From the human T2T-CHM13v2.0 reference genome, Homo sapiens, in assembly GCF_009914755.1 (NCBI RefSeq), contig NC_060935.1: a DNA stretch of 64,000 nt; one strand, given 5' to 3'. This document shows positions 24,245 to 36,479 of this stretch, piece by piece; within the stretch, counting starts at the first letter, position 1, and each line of letters opens with the position of its first letter. Both the position numbers and the translations under genes were made by a program. The notes below the pieces were generated by a model, which saw only the letters and a program-made list of their open reading frames with translations, made no database searches and had not been told where the DNA came from.

Positions 24245-24776
24245 TGTAATGATTTGTTATATGTTGCTTTGTAATAAATTACCCTCAAAACTTCATGGCT
24301 TAAAACAATAAACATTTATTATCTCACCATTTCTTTGGGTCAGGAATCCAGGAGCAGCTTAGCTGCGTGGTTCCAGCTCAAGGTCTCTCATGAGGTTGCA
24401 TTCAAGATGTTTTCTGGGGCTGCATTCATCTGGAGGCTTGACTGGGGCTGGAGGACCTGTTTCTGAGATGATTTACCCACATGCCTGGCAAGTTAGTGCT
24501 GATTGCAAGAGAAGGCCTCAGTTCCTTGTCAGGGCTGCTTGAGTGTGCTAACAACATGGTAGCTGACTTCCTCCAAAGCATGTGCTTCAAGAAAGAACAA
24601 GGCAGATGCCCCAGTGTATTTTATGATCTAGCCTCCAAAGTCACACTACACATCAGGTCAGCAGCATCCTGTTTGTTACACAGGTTAGTCCTGTTCAGGG
24701 TGAACAGTGCTACACAAGGGCCTGAATGTTAGGTGGCAAGGATCATTGAGGACTGTCTTAGAGGCTGGCTGCCATA
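24245..24776 (-). mobile_element. MLT1F/G-like solo LTR
   Basis: GGCTTAAAACAATAAACATTTATTATCTCAC..GGGTCAGGAATCCAGGAGCAGCTTAGCTG. Confidence 0.85.
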
Positions 24777-24852
24777 ATGCTATCGAATGAACAAGCTATT
24801 TTAAAATGACATGAAATTAGCATTATTCCAAAAAGTTTACAATGTGATCACT

Positions 24853-24899
24853 AAAAAACAAAAAACAAAAACAGAAACAAAACAAAACAAACAAAAACA
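24853..24899 (+). repeat. A-rich (AAAAC)n simple repeat
   Basis: AAAAAACAAAAAACAAAAACAGAAACAAAACAAAACAAACAAAAACA. Confidence 0.9.
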
Positions 24900-25139
24900 G
24901 TTTTCTTGACTATTTTTGCTTAAGGCCAGCTTGGCTCTCAATGACAAGGGAATGGCATTGAGTTCATCGAGACCTGGGGTTACCCTGGACTTTTACCATT
25001 TGTGTGTGGATACGTTACCTAATCTTTCTATGCCTTGGATCCCTCATCTGTCAAGTGGAGAGTATAATAGCCGCCATTGCATTTGCTCTTAGAATTAAAG
25101 ATAGTACCCATCCCAGCAGGTACCCATTCCAAAGTGCAG

Positions 25140-25400
25140 AAGTTAAGGGGTTAAATCCTGGTGTTATCACATATTGGCTGTTTTACTTTGAGCAAGTTTC
25201 TTCACCTCTCTGTGCATCTCCTTCTACTTCTGTAAAATGGCAATAATGACAGTCTCTGCCTCACAGGTTGTTATGAGGATTGAATGAGTTAATGTTTGGA
25301 AAGTGCTTAGACTGTGCCCAGAACATTGTAAGTGCCGTATAAGAATTTGTGAAGTAAAACATAGTCTGGTGTATAGTAGGTGCTCAGTAACGGGTAGCTC
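25140..25400 (+). mobile_element. MIR SINE
   Basis: CTGTAAAATGGCAATAATG..CCTCACAGGTTGTTATGAGGATTGAATGAGTTAATG. Confidence 0.85.
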
Positions 25401-25939
25401 TCTCTCCCCTTCATCTGGGATTTGGCCCCTTGACAGAGATAGAAGATGCCAGAACATGATGGAAGAAATGGTTAATTCCCCTGGTGAGTGGGAGTCTTTA
25501 GAATGTGAGTGTGGGAGCCTCCTTAGAGTGGTCTAGTGTGTTTGCTATTCCTTGGCTTTTCATGGCCTCGCATTACCCAGGCTCTTTTCCTATTTTCAGT
25601 ATATTGTCCCTACTCATCCATGGTTAGACAAACAGCTGCAGGCCTTGGCCTCAGGGTCCACATGGTTCTGAGCTTTCAGGAATCATTAATCATGAGGTGG
25701 GAGTGAATAAATTTTGCTAACCTACAGGTGAGCCCGCCACCTGAATTTGTGACCCTAAAGCCACAGACAGAAAATGGAATTCCCTTTTGGAGTGTCTCGG
25801 TTAGCCCAGCTCTGTGCTTCCAAGCACACATCAACCAGCAGAAAGTCTTCTGCTCCATCACTGTGTTAAGTCAGGGATTGCCAGGTTTGGGAATGCAAAA
25901 TATTAAAAGTGGCTTGGAACAGCAGACTCTAGGAAGAAG

Positions 25940-26160
25940 GGGCTAATGCTTATTACTTGCAGATTCTGAGCCAGACACTATCAGAGCTCATTTTGTGCTC
26001 ACAGTAATTCTGAGGTCGTTTTGTCATCGTCGTAATTTCACACATAAGGAAACTGATGCACTGAGAAGTTAAGTGACTTGCACGAGGACATGCACTTAGG
26101 AAGTGATAGAGTCAGGATTCAGACACAGCAGCCTGGCTCCAGACTCCAGGCTCTGAGCAC
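25940..26160 (-). mobile_element. MIR SINE
   Basis: ATAAGGAAACTGATGCACTGAGAAGTTAAGTGACTTGC. Confidence 0.8.
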
Positions 26161-26869
26161 TCTGCGTGCTGCCCTGATGGCTCCAGTCTCTCTGGGCTAT
26201 CCCTATTCACCATGTGGCTCCTCCAGAGAAGAGGACAACAGATCTAGGCAGCACCCCCTGATCTTATTACACGTGGGCCACTGATGTGGTCAAATCATTC
26301 TATTTCTCCCTGCCTTGGTTTCCTCATCTACCACACCAGGAGGTTGGTCCCCAAAAGGGGGAGGGCACAGTCTTTAGAAAATTGGCAGACTTAGGTTTGA
26401 ACTGTGGCTTTTTTGGCCAGGTCCCCTGAGGAATCTCTCTGAGCCTCAGTATGCTTTTCTTGAACAGAAGATGATGAAGGCATCTCTGGAAAGGTGCAGT
26501 TAGAACTCAGTGAGAAAATATATAAATGAAGTGTTGACATACAGAAGGTATTCAAGAAATGTTTTCTTCCTTTTCCCATCCACCCCCATAACTATCTTGT
26601 AACTTCATTTTTTAAAACTCACAAATCCATTTGTTTATTGAACAAACATTTATTCCTACCTGTTCATTCCCATATTTTATTCTGTTACATTCTTTCGTCT
26701 ATCCATCTGCCTGCCCATCGATCCATCTGTTCACTCATCCACATATTTACTTACTCAAATATTTATTGAGCTACTATTGTCTGCTGTGTTCCAAAGATGG
26801 AAAGCTTAGGTCCTTGCTCTGAAGTAGATTCTTCTCAAGAATCTGGGTTCCGCATGTGCTGTTGGATGT

Positions 26870-27295
26870 CACATCATAATCAGATGTACAAAGCTTTGTT
26901 CAGCCAGGTTTAATTCACTAGGTTGACAGCTCTGTTATAAGCTTTTCTCCCAAGGTTTGTCCTCACTGAGTAGCAAAGTACTATGGTTAAATCATTAGTT
27001 TAAACTTCTCACCATGTTCCAGTCTGTGTTGTTGAAATTAAGTCCACGGTCAACATCTGTCTATAGCTCATTCATTTTATGCAAGCCATACAGCCTAGCC
27101 AACCTGTTCATACGACCTCTGGGCTGTTATATTTCTTAAAAGGCAGAGCCAGTACACCAGGCAGGCACAGCTGCCTTTGCCACCTGTGTGGGCTGATTTA
27201 CCCTGAAATTCTAACCTCATCTAATTGGCCTAAATGGCGAGCAATTAATGACGTGGAACCTCTTTGAAGGTACTATAAATAAAAGGCCAGGAACC
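26870..27295. promoter_or_regulatory. Candidate developmental enhancer
   Basis: No recognisable repeat; TGATTTAC, CTAATTGG, CAATTAAT, TGACGT, CTTTGAAG, CTATAAATAA within ~100 bp. Confidence 0.4.
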
Positions 27296-27967
27296 TAAGA
27301 TTGAAGTGAACCAGGGGTTACAGTAATGATGATAAATTGTTCCTGCTAGAGGGTTGTTGTTGTTGTTTTTAAAGGAGTTACTTAGCATCTCTTAACCATG
27401 CTGACCCCACACAGGGGTCAAGGTGGGAAAGGGCAGGTATTCTGTTTGCAGTTGGTGAAATCTGACAGATAGTCAAAGGGAGAAATGTTGTGAGTCGTTT
27501 CTAAGGAGAGGTGAGCAGTGCCTGGCACAGGCACTTAAGTATGTGTTGAGTCAGTGAAGGAATGCCTTCCAGAGTGTAGCAGAATGAATCTGGGGTTCGG
27601 AATGAGATAGTTGTATCTCTGTATCTTGAACTTGGGCATGTAGACAGCTTAACCTTGCTCAGCCTTGGTTTCCCTGTCTATTAAATAGGGATAAGCATAA
27701 CACCCATCTTTCAGGGTTATTGTGTAGAGTAAATGTGATAATATAAGGCTCACAGCTATATCCTCAGTGCCTGGCCCAGGCCTGGCAGGTTATAAGAGCA
27801 CATCAAATGTTGTTCTTTTGCCCCTTAGGCACTCATCTCAGACACTATTAGAATATAAATTCCCTGCATAGGGTAGATTATGTTTATCTCCTATCCCTTA
27901 GATGAGTTCTAGCATACAGTAGGCCCTTAATAAATTTTAAATAAAGCAAATTTCCTTTGCTTTTCTC

Positions 27968-28480
27968 TGTAGTAAATTGACTCTATCAGTGGCCCTGATT
28001 CTATATATATATACACACACACACAACCACACACACACACATCCACACACACGCACACACACACCCTCTCCATGCCCTTTTGCCACATCACTTTGCATTT
28101 TCTTTCACTAAAGAACCACTTGGTTCTGAGTCTGGCCAAGTGATATGTCTTAGCCAATGGTATTTTCGGAGATATGTCATATGCAGAGGCTTACAAAGAC
28201 CTTGGCACATTTCCACTGTTGCTCCTATTCCGTGGCCATGAGAAGCTCCTCAGGCTGGTCTGATGGAGGGTGAGAGGCATGTGAAGAAGGAACCAGTCAC
28301 CCAACAGCCATTTGACCATGTCATAAGAGTGAGCTGAGCCACAGCCAGCAGTGTCCAGCCACACTCACCCAAGATCACAGAGCTAGACTCATAAGTGAAA
28401 TAAATACTTCTTGTTTTTAGATACAGACTTTTAGGGTAGTTTGTTACATACTGTTAGTGTGGCAATAAAAAGCTGATACA
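27968..28480 (+). mobile_element. MLT1I/J-like LTR containing an imperfect (CA)n at ~28013-28062
   Basis: TGGCCAAGTGAT..TTAGCCAATGG..GCAGAGGCTT; 3' end GTAGTTTGTTAC..GTGGCAATAAAAAGCTGATACA. Confidence 0.7.
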
Positions 28481-28881
28481 CCCATTCCCATCCCCAATTA
28501 CTATCCAGGATAGAGCTTGAAAAGTGTCCTGAAGAAATGATTAAGCACCTCTTGTCTTTTTTTAAATTTACTTTTATCACATCTGAAAAATATTTGGTCA
28601 GGAGGAAGATAGTATTAGTTGCTTAAATTACTTTTAAGCATTATGAACTAGAAAATTCCAGCCATCCCTCGTGGGCTATCCCTTGAACAGAGTATAATTG
28701 ACTGGAATAACAATACTAATGATATTAAAATCTTATCTCTGCAATGCACTTTAAGACTTATAAAACTTTCAGATGCTTTATCTAATTTGCTCTGATTCCC
28801 TGAGGAATGCTAGTTCTGATGGGTAAGGTTGCTCAGGCTGGGTCACACAGCTAGTGAGTGGCAAAGATCTTTTGATACAAA

Positions 28882-29389
28882 GTATACTAATTTTCAATGG
28901 CTGCTGTAATAAATTACTACAAACATAGTGGCTTAAATCAACACAAACTTGTTATTTTACACTTTCATAGGTTAGAAGTCTGACAGCGTCTCACTGGGCT
29001 AAAATCAAGGCATCGGAAGGGCTGTGTTTCTTTCTGGGTGCTCTGGGGGCAAAATCTGTTTCCTTGACATTTCCAGCTCCTAGGGGGTGCCCACATTCCT
29101 TTGTTCATGGCTCCTCCTTCCATCTTCAAAGTCAGCAACCTTGCCTCTCTCTGAACATTCATCTGTAATCACATCTCTCTCTGACTGTCTACAGTGGGGA
29201 AAGTTTCTCCACTTTTATGGATTCGCATGAATAGATTATGCTCACCTGGATAATACACAATATTCTCCCCCATCTCAAGGTCCTTAATTTTAATTACATT
29301 TGCACAGTCCCTTTTGCGTGTAATATATTCACAGATTCCAGCAACTAGGGTATGGTTATCTTTGCAGGACCACTATTCTCTCTATATAC
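28882..29389 (-). mobile_element. MLT1D-like solo LTR
   Basis: TCTCACTGGGCTAAAATCAAGG, CCTTCCATCTTCAAAGTCAGCAA, CTCCCCATCTCAAGGTCCTTAA. Confidence 0.88.
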
Positions 29390-30199
29390 ATGGAGTCATC
29401 TACATTTCCAGTACCTCATCTAATTAGGATTCTGTTGGCTACCGACCTGCCTACCTTTCTTCTTCTTTTTCTTTCTGGTTGATGGTACAGTAGCTATAAT
29501 TCCACAACTCCACTGGTTGTAAAACCTCAGTGTTTGGCCAAGCAGGAAGAAATGCTAAACACATTCCCAAAAACAGATCTTGAGGCAGAGTCGCCTTTGA
29601 GTATGTTGAGCCCAAAACATTTTATATTCTTATAAAATCACTTATTGCTAGCTACAGACATGTTTCTGATTAAAATGGTCCAAAGGGTGTGTTCTTATAG
29701 CACATATTGCTTACTCATTTCTCTTAGTGTAAAGATACTAGATACTGTAGGAGAAATGGATTTATTTTATGGTAGGGTAGCAGCAGCAGAAATTACTTCA
29801 TGCAAATGAAGCTTGGCAGTGTGACTTCATGAATAAGAAATGAGCCGGCGTCTCTTCTTTCCACAGGCAATATTGTGCTCTGGGAAATTAATTGTGGCAT
29901 TCGTTGGGTGGCCCTGGCTTCTCTGTTGGAGTTTCAGGCAGACAAAAAGATGCTGCACCCAACTGGATATAAAGCAGTTATATCCTTTTTAGCTTTGCTC
30001 CGCATTGTAAGTGAACAGTCGATGGGTCTCAAGTCTCCTAAAAGCGTCTTGAGACCTTTTAGAAATTACTCATGGTGGAAGCCATACGAGGCACTGAGCC
30101 ACACATAGTGGCCATGAATTCAGATCATCTCTATTAGAAGAGATCTATCTAATAAATGGAAGAGATCTAAGATACTCTAGGTTTTTTTATTGACAATAT

Positions 30200-30420
30200 G
30201 CCTCAGTAGTTAAGCACATGGTCTCAGGAACAAAAATATCTGGGTTCAAATCCCTGCTCTGCTCCCCTCCAACTATATGACCTTTGGCAAATTACTTAAT
30301 CATTCTGTGCCTCAGTTTCCCTATTTATAATTTAGAGATTATAATTGCACTTACCTCATAGGCTTGTTCTGAGGATTAAATAAGTAAATCGACATAAAGC
30401 ACTTAGAATAGAGCCAAAGA
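30200..30420 (+). mobile_element. MIR SINE
   Basis: TGGGTTCAAATCCCTGCTCTG..TGTGCCTCAGTTTCCC..CCTCATAGG..GAGGATTAAAT. Confidence 0.88.
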
Positions 30421-30657
30421 ACTCTACTGACACCAGGCTACAGAAGTGCCAGATAATGTTACCTTAGTTAAAATTAAAGGCAGGTACGCTTTGCTGATGA
30501 CAGCTATAGGTTTTCATAGTGCAATTAAGATGAAGTAGAAAAATGGGGCTAAGAATAAGAAGTCTTGGAGTCCAGCCTCACTTGTTGCCCAGCTAGCTAG
30601 GCAAGTCATTTACCTCGTTATACCTCTGTTTTCCCATTTGTTGGATGGGGCAAAGGT

Positions 30658-31050
30658 TGTTTCAGTTATCTCTTACTGCATAACAAATCACCCCAAAATT
30701 TAGTAGTTTAAGATAACATCATTTTATTATGATATAACTTTGTGGGTCAGAAATTCAGGCAGGCTTTCAAGCCATCCCTCCAGCAAAGCAACTTACATAT
30801 GAGTTGGAACTATTGGCTAGAACACCTACATGCAGCCACATTAGCATGGTGGCTTCAGAGTTTGAAGTCCATTGCTCCCAGAGACAGTATTTCAAATAGC
30901 GGAGAATACAAACTGCCAGCTTCATAAGTCCTGGCTCTGGAAACTGGCAGTGTCCATATTGTGTTAGTTGAAGTAGGCATGGAACCTATCAGAATTCCAG
31001 GAGATGGGACCTGGACTTCGCCTCTGGATTGGAAGACTGTCAGGTAATTT
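30658..31050 (-). mobile_element. MLT1H-like LTR
   Basis: CTGCATAACAAATCACCCCAAAATTTAGT..TGTGGGTCAGAAATTCAGGCAGG. Confidence 0.7.
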
Positions 31051-31161
31051 TCTTTCTTCAGTTTCCAACATGATTTTGATCTTATGATCATGATGTGTGG
31101 ACACAAAGTACTGTGTAAACATGGTCTTGATTAAATTGATTAAATTGAGTTATATAATGCC

Positions 31162-31864
31162 TTTTTGAATAGACCTCTTTTTAGAGCAATTTTGGATTTA
31201 CAGTAAAATGGAGCAGAAGTTAACAGAGATTTCCTATATACCCCTTGCCCCCCACACATACACAGCCTCCTCCATTATCGATATCTGTCACCAAAGTAGC
31301 ACATTTGTTATAATTGATTAACCTACACTGGCACATCATAATCACTCAAAGTCCATAGTTTACATTAGGTTCACTCTTGCTGTTGTTCCTTGTATGGGTT
31401 TGGGCAAATGTGTAATGATAAGTATCCACCATTATGGTATCATACACAGTAGTTTCACTGCCCTAAAAGTCCTCTGTGCTCTGCTTATTCATCTCTCCCG
31501 CCTTCCTACTCCCAGGAAACACTGATCTTTTTACGGTCTCCATAGTTTGGCCTTCTCCAGAGCGTCATGTGGCTGGAATCATACAATTTGTAGCTTTTTC
31601 AGATTGTCTTCCTTCACTTAGTAATATGTGTTGAGTTTCCTCCATGTTTTTCATGGCTTGATAGCTCATTTCCTTTTAGTGCTGAACAATATTCCATAGC
31701 CTGAACGTACCACAATGAATACAGTCACCTACTGAAGGATGTCTTGGTTGCTTACAAGTTCTGGCAATTGTGGATAAAGCTGCAATAAATATCCATGTAC
31801 AGGTTTTTGTATGGACATAATTTTCAAGTCTTTGAGGTGAATGTCAAGGAATATAATGGCTGGA
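31162..31864 (-). mobile_element. L1MC1-like 3' end (non-inverted part)
   Basis: TTTTAGAGCAATTTTGGATTTACAG..GTCCATAGTTTACATTAGG..CACCTACTGAAGGATGTCTTGGTTGC; L1MC-type 3' region in reverse. Confidence 0.88.
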
Positions 31865-32330
31865 AATTAAAAATTTCTGCTCTGTGAAAGACACTGTCAA
31901 GAGAATGAAAAGACAAGCTACAGAAGCGGGGAAAATAATTGCAAAAGACAATCTGATCGAGGATTGTTATCCAAAATATACAAATAACTCTTAAAACTCA
32001 GCAATAAGGAAACAAACAACCTGATTAAAAGTGGGCCAAAGACCTTAACAGACACCTCACCAAGATATACGGATGGCAAAAACACATATAAAAAGATGTT
32101 CCACATCATATGTCATCAAGCAAATGCAAATTAAAATGACAATGGGACAGCACCATACATCTATTATAATGGCCAAAATCCAGAACGCTGAGAACACGAA
32201 ATGCTGGTGAGGATGTGGAGAAACAGGAACTCTCATTCATTGCTGGTGGAAATGCAAAATGAAATATCCACTCGGGAAGACAGTTTGGCAGTTTGGTACA
32301 AAACTAAACATACTCCTACCATATGATCCA
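31865..32330 (+). mobile_element. L1 ORF2 3' region, inverted part of the same L1MC-like element
   Basis: AATTAAAAATTTCTGCTCTGTGAAAGACAC..AAATGCAAATTAAAA..GCTGGTGAGGATGTGGAGAAACAGGAACTCTCATTCATTGCTGGTGG..CCATATGATCCA. Confidence 0.88.
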
Positions 32331-32839
32331 TGTAGTATATTTTTCAAAGATCTCTTTTAGGCTCATGATGGTGACATTAAGATCTTTCAAGGCTTCAATC
32401 CTACTGTCATAGAAATCTGGAGTTTCCAATCTGTCAAGGACTCCAAGCCTGATGGAAGAGGGAAACTTAAACCTTTATTCATGTCAGAGTTATGTAAAAA
32501 TGGAATGCGCTGCTTTGGGGAGGGAGGGAGGTTCCTGTTAGGAGACATATTCAAGTCCAAACTGAGTGACCACTCTTTAGGATTTTCAGAGCAGCCCAAT
32601 GTGAAAGGTGGAGCTATCCTATCTGAGAGATACGCTTCAGGGATGAAAGTTTATGAATCTCTGATTTCTGGGGAAGGCCTCTAGGTCTTGTTTTCCCCTT
32701 CCAAAGTGCTGGGAATGAGGACAGTTTATAGTAACCAACAGTGCTTTCTGACCCAACAAAATGGGGTCTGGGGCTGAAGCAAAGCCTGCCTTTAGAGATA
32801 GCCCCTCCCCCTGGCATGTAAGGTAGGAAAAAGTAATTC

Positions 32840-33075
32840 ACATTTTTGAGCAGTTTCTGTGTGGGGGCCCTGTGCTAAGAATGTTATTTGTAAAACTGGT
32901 CCCAATTCGATCCTCACATCTGCCTTGAAACATAGTGTTATTCCTCTAATTTTCAGATGAGGAACCTCAGGCACAGAGAGGTTAAATGACTTGTCCATGG
33001 TCCACAGATAGAAAGTGATGGAGTTCGAGACTGAAACCCAGGCCTGTTGGAGTCCAAAACTTAGCCTCTTCCCAT
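32840..33075 (-). mobile_element. MIR SINE
   Basis: TTTTCAGATGAGGAACCTCAGGCACAGAGAGGTTAAATGACTTGTCCA. Confidence 0.85.
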
Positions 33076-33812
33076 CTTCCCATTCTCTCACCCCTTGGGG
33101 GAATACACTGTGCTAGCTGTACTTCCGTCTGTCACAAATGGCAAAAGCATAATTAGAATAGGATTAGGCCGCAAGGGACATTTAATGGAGGTTACTGTGT
33201 GAGCACACAGAGCAACTGAACCTTGGGGAGGGTGGAAGAGCAGTTGAGCTTTGGAATGCAGAAAGCCACATACCTAAGACTGCCATTAGGACATTCTCTG
33301 TAGCTCCTGCCTCTGTTTCTCTCTGCATATTGGTGGAATTCTTCTCTCATGCTGCAGATTGACATTACCCACATAACAGAAAGGATGTCCACTGACCACT
33401 CCCAGGATTTCTTACTTAGAGCTGTAGACACTGCATATGTGGTTTTGGAGAGAGTATGTAGAAAGAAGCGGAGATGGAATCACTTAGTCCTGAGTTTAAA
33501 AATCCCAACAGAGGGAGAGATTCATTGGGTCAACTTGGGCCAGGTGTCACTAATGAACAATTAACCATGCCTTGAGGTGGGGTGGGTCGGGTCATGCAGA
33601 TGGAGTGGGGAGAGAGAGAAGAAGGAAGGCCTGTACTGGCCAGCAAGCTGGAATGGCCATTGCATCTCTCAGGTGGGGGCCATTCCTACAGCAGTTGGAC
33701 AGTAGAGAACCACAAATCACATTTACAGCAAAGCAGGTGGCCAATTTTCACATGCAGCCTAAATGAAGTTCCACCACACCCTGGGCTGAGTGGGAAGGCT
33801 GCCCTTCCTATA

Positions 33813-34300
33813 TGTATGTTAGGCTAGCTTCTCTAGAAGATAGAGCCTGGGGCAAAAATTGAAAATGAGATGTTTCATTTGGAAGATGCAAATCCATGGC
33901 AGCAAAGGTGAGACACAAGGAAGCGAGGCAAAGAAGGATGCAAAGCCACACTAAGTGGTGTGTTTCCTTGATGGCTATTATGTCACAAACAGCCATGGAG
34001 ACACCCAGAAGGTCACTGCACAAGACCTTTCAGCATGACACGTGGGATTCAGCTGGATGAGCTGCAAGGCAGACTGTCATGAAGCAGTCCATGGAGAGAG
34101 GAAGAAGGAATGTATGTGTCCTGCTCCCTCTCAACTCCTATTTTCCACTGGTCAAAGTTTTCCTAGTGGGGGTTAACTCTTCTGCACTTCAGGATTGTAT
34201 CACCCAGTCCTAATGGCAGCCTCTCAGGAGACCAGTTCCCACCCCATGCTGGAGAGTGTTTTCATCCAAATCTGGAAGAGGTAAGAGGAGCCAGAAACTA
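33813..34300 (-). mobile_element. ERVL-type LTR (LTR16/LTR40-like)
   Basis: TTAGGCTAGCTTCTCTAGAAGATAGAGCCTGGGGCAA...; CACTGGTCAAAGTTTT..GGGGTTAACTCTTCTGCACTTC. Confidence 0.55.
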
Positions 34301-34850
34301 TAGGCATGGGGCTAGGAAGGGCCCATACTCCAGGACTTGTAGCCGATCTGACCCAAGTGGCAGAACTGCCTGAGCTCAAGTCAGGCAGGGCAGCAGCCTA
34401 GGCAGAGTGAGTGGCAGAATGTTCTGGAAGCAGGTGGCATCAAGAGCCTTTGAGAAGGCTCATCAGATTTGTGTTTGATGCACTGTGTGACCTTGGACAA
34501 GTCACTGAATCTCTCTGAGCCTCAATGTCCTCAACTGTGAAATGGGGCTGATCATACCTATCTATCTCCCAGATCAGAAATAATATTGGTCCCAGTTGAG
34601 TGTTGTGCCTGGCACCTAGCAGGCACTCAATACAGAGGAGCCATATTTGTAGAGTTAGGAGTTCTGACTCAGTTCTGGTGGCATTAGCATAGCTGGATTT
34701 CCTGAGGAAAGGCCATTGAGTTTTGGTCAGGTAGAGCTCTTGAGCTAGAGTGTGGGGTGACTTGGTAGCTCTGAAAGGAAGGAGAAAAGAAAGAGAAAAT
34801 GCCACCCAGAAAGGAGCTTCATAGTATCTGTCCATTGCTTTGTCCTCACA

Positions 34851-35028
34851 CAAAACTGGCTATATAATTTGAGGGGCTCACTGATAAATGGACATGTGGA
34901 GCCCCTTGTTCAAAAATCATTAAGAATTTCAAGATGGGGCCAGCAGAGTATTGAATCAAGCACAGGGCACTCCTGAGCATGAGGCCCTGTGTGATTGCAG
35001 AGGTCACACACCCACAATGCCTGCCTTA
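34851..35028 (-). mobile_element. MER45A-like hAT-Tip100 MITE
   Basis: GCCCCTTGTTCAAAAATCATTAAGAATTTCAAGATGG..GCAGAGTATT..GGCCCTGTGTGATTGCAGAGGTCACAC. Confidence 0.85.
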
Positions 35029-35529
35029 CACTTACACGTTGCCAGAGTGCAGTATTTGGCGCCAGAGCTTGGCAATGTTCTATTCTCCCCAGCAACCTCT
35101 CTGCCTAAATGTGCCTGGCTTGATGGGGTCTTGGAAACATCCAAGGAAGGAAAGGGATGTTGGAGCTGATTGAAAATACCTCTACCTGAATTCCAAGTGG
35201 TGTCATGAACAAGTACATACATAATATAGCAGTTAAGTGCAAATTTGGAATCTGTATGTATGTATAAAGTTGCTGTTGACATGGTTCTAGTAGTTACAGG
35301 AGTGTTGCCGTGGTGACTGGCAGGGCCAGCTGTTGTTTCATTTCCCCCAAAGAATTGTATGGTAATAATAGACCCCTGGAGAGTCCTCCTGGGACAAGGA
35401 ATGATGTTAAAAATCTGCCAATTAATGAACAGGTAGTATAAACTGACTTCATCCTCATTTGTTGTAATTAACAGGATTTTACAGGATTTTGATGAGAAGT
35501 GGCTAATTTGGTATAGAAATGTGGAGGGT

Positions 35530-36010
35530 AGACTACTTTTGGAGCCTGGGTTTGAATCTGCACTGTGTCACTAAATAGCTGCATCACTTAATTTCTCTGA
35601 GCCTGTCTCCTTATTTAGAAAATGGGGATCATTAAACCAAAGTTGGAGGAACATTGAAAATAAAGGATGTGAAATGCTTAGCTCAGTTTCTGGAGCATTA
35701 TAGACAGATACTACATGGTTTCTATGATGCCGATGATATTAATGAAATCATCATCATTATAATCATCATAAAGCTTCCATTTATTGAAGGCTTCCACCTA
35801 TATGTCCCTATGTTGTGTACATTATCTCATTTAATCTTTATAACAACCCTATCAGTGAGTCCATTGTTATCCTCAAGTTATAGATCAGGACACGGAGGTT
35901 CAGAGATTTGCCTGAGGTCACACAGCTAGTAAATGACAATGTCAGGATTCAAATTCAGGCAGTCTAACTCCAGAGCCCAGGCTTTTAACCCTTATACACA
36001 GTGCCCCTGG
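35530..36010. mobile_element. Two MIRs tail-to-tail (+ ~35530-35720, - ~35770-36010)
   Basis: CCTGGGTTTGAATC..AGAAAATGGGGAT then GAGGTCACACAGCTAGTAAATG..GGATTCAAATTCAGGCAGTCT. Confidence 0.8.
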
Positions 36011-36479
36011 GATGAGGATTAATAAATACGTGAAGCCTAAGAGACATGCATTTCTGGATTTCAGTTGGCTCTGAAAGGTTGGTCCTTGATGAAATGGAAA
36101 GTATGTTTCCTTTTATAGCAAGGGCAGTGGTGGGGTGGGATGAAGGAGGGAGATTGTTTTAATAAGCACATGCTGATGGGGGCTGCTCTGTGGACCAGCC
36201 TTGCTCTGTCTCAGGGGTTCAGCCTTCTCTTCCTGAGGCTGTCCTACTGATTCCTCTGGAGTTGCAGCAACTCCTACCCTGACCTGATCCATGGGTCAGA
36301 ATCAGGGTCAGGATGAGTCAAGGCTGACTCATTGACTATCCACTCTAATGGCCCTTCCTCCCCAGGGCTCTATGGATGCTGACCTTTGTCCTCTTCCAAA
36401 CTAAAGAAAAACAAATAAGCATACAAGCACAAAACCAGCCCCTTGGACTTCCTGCTAATCCTATTTGGTTATTTAAGTG

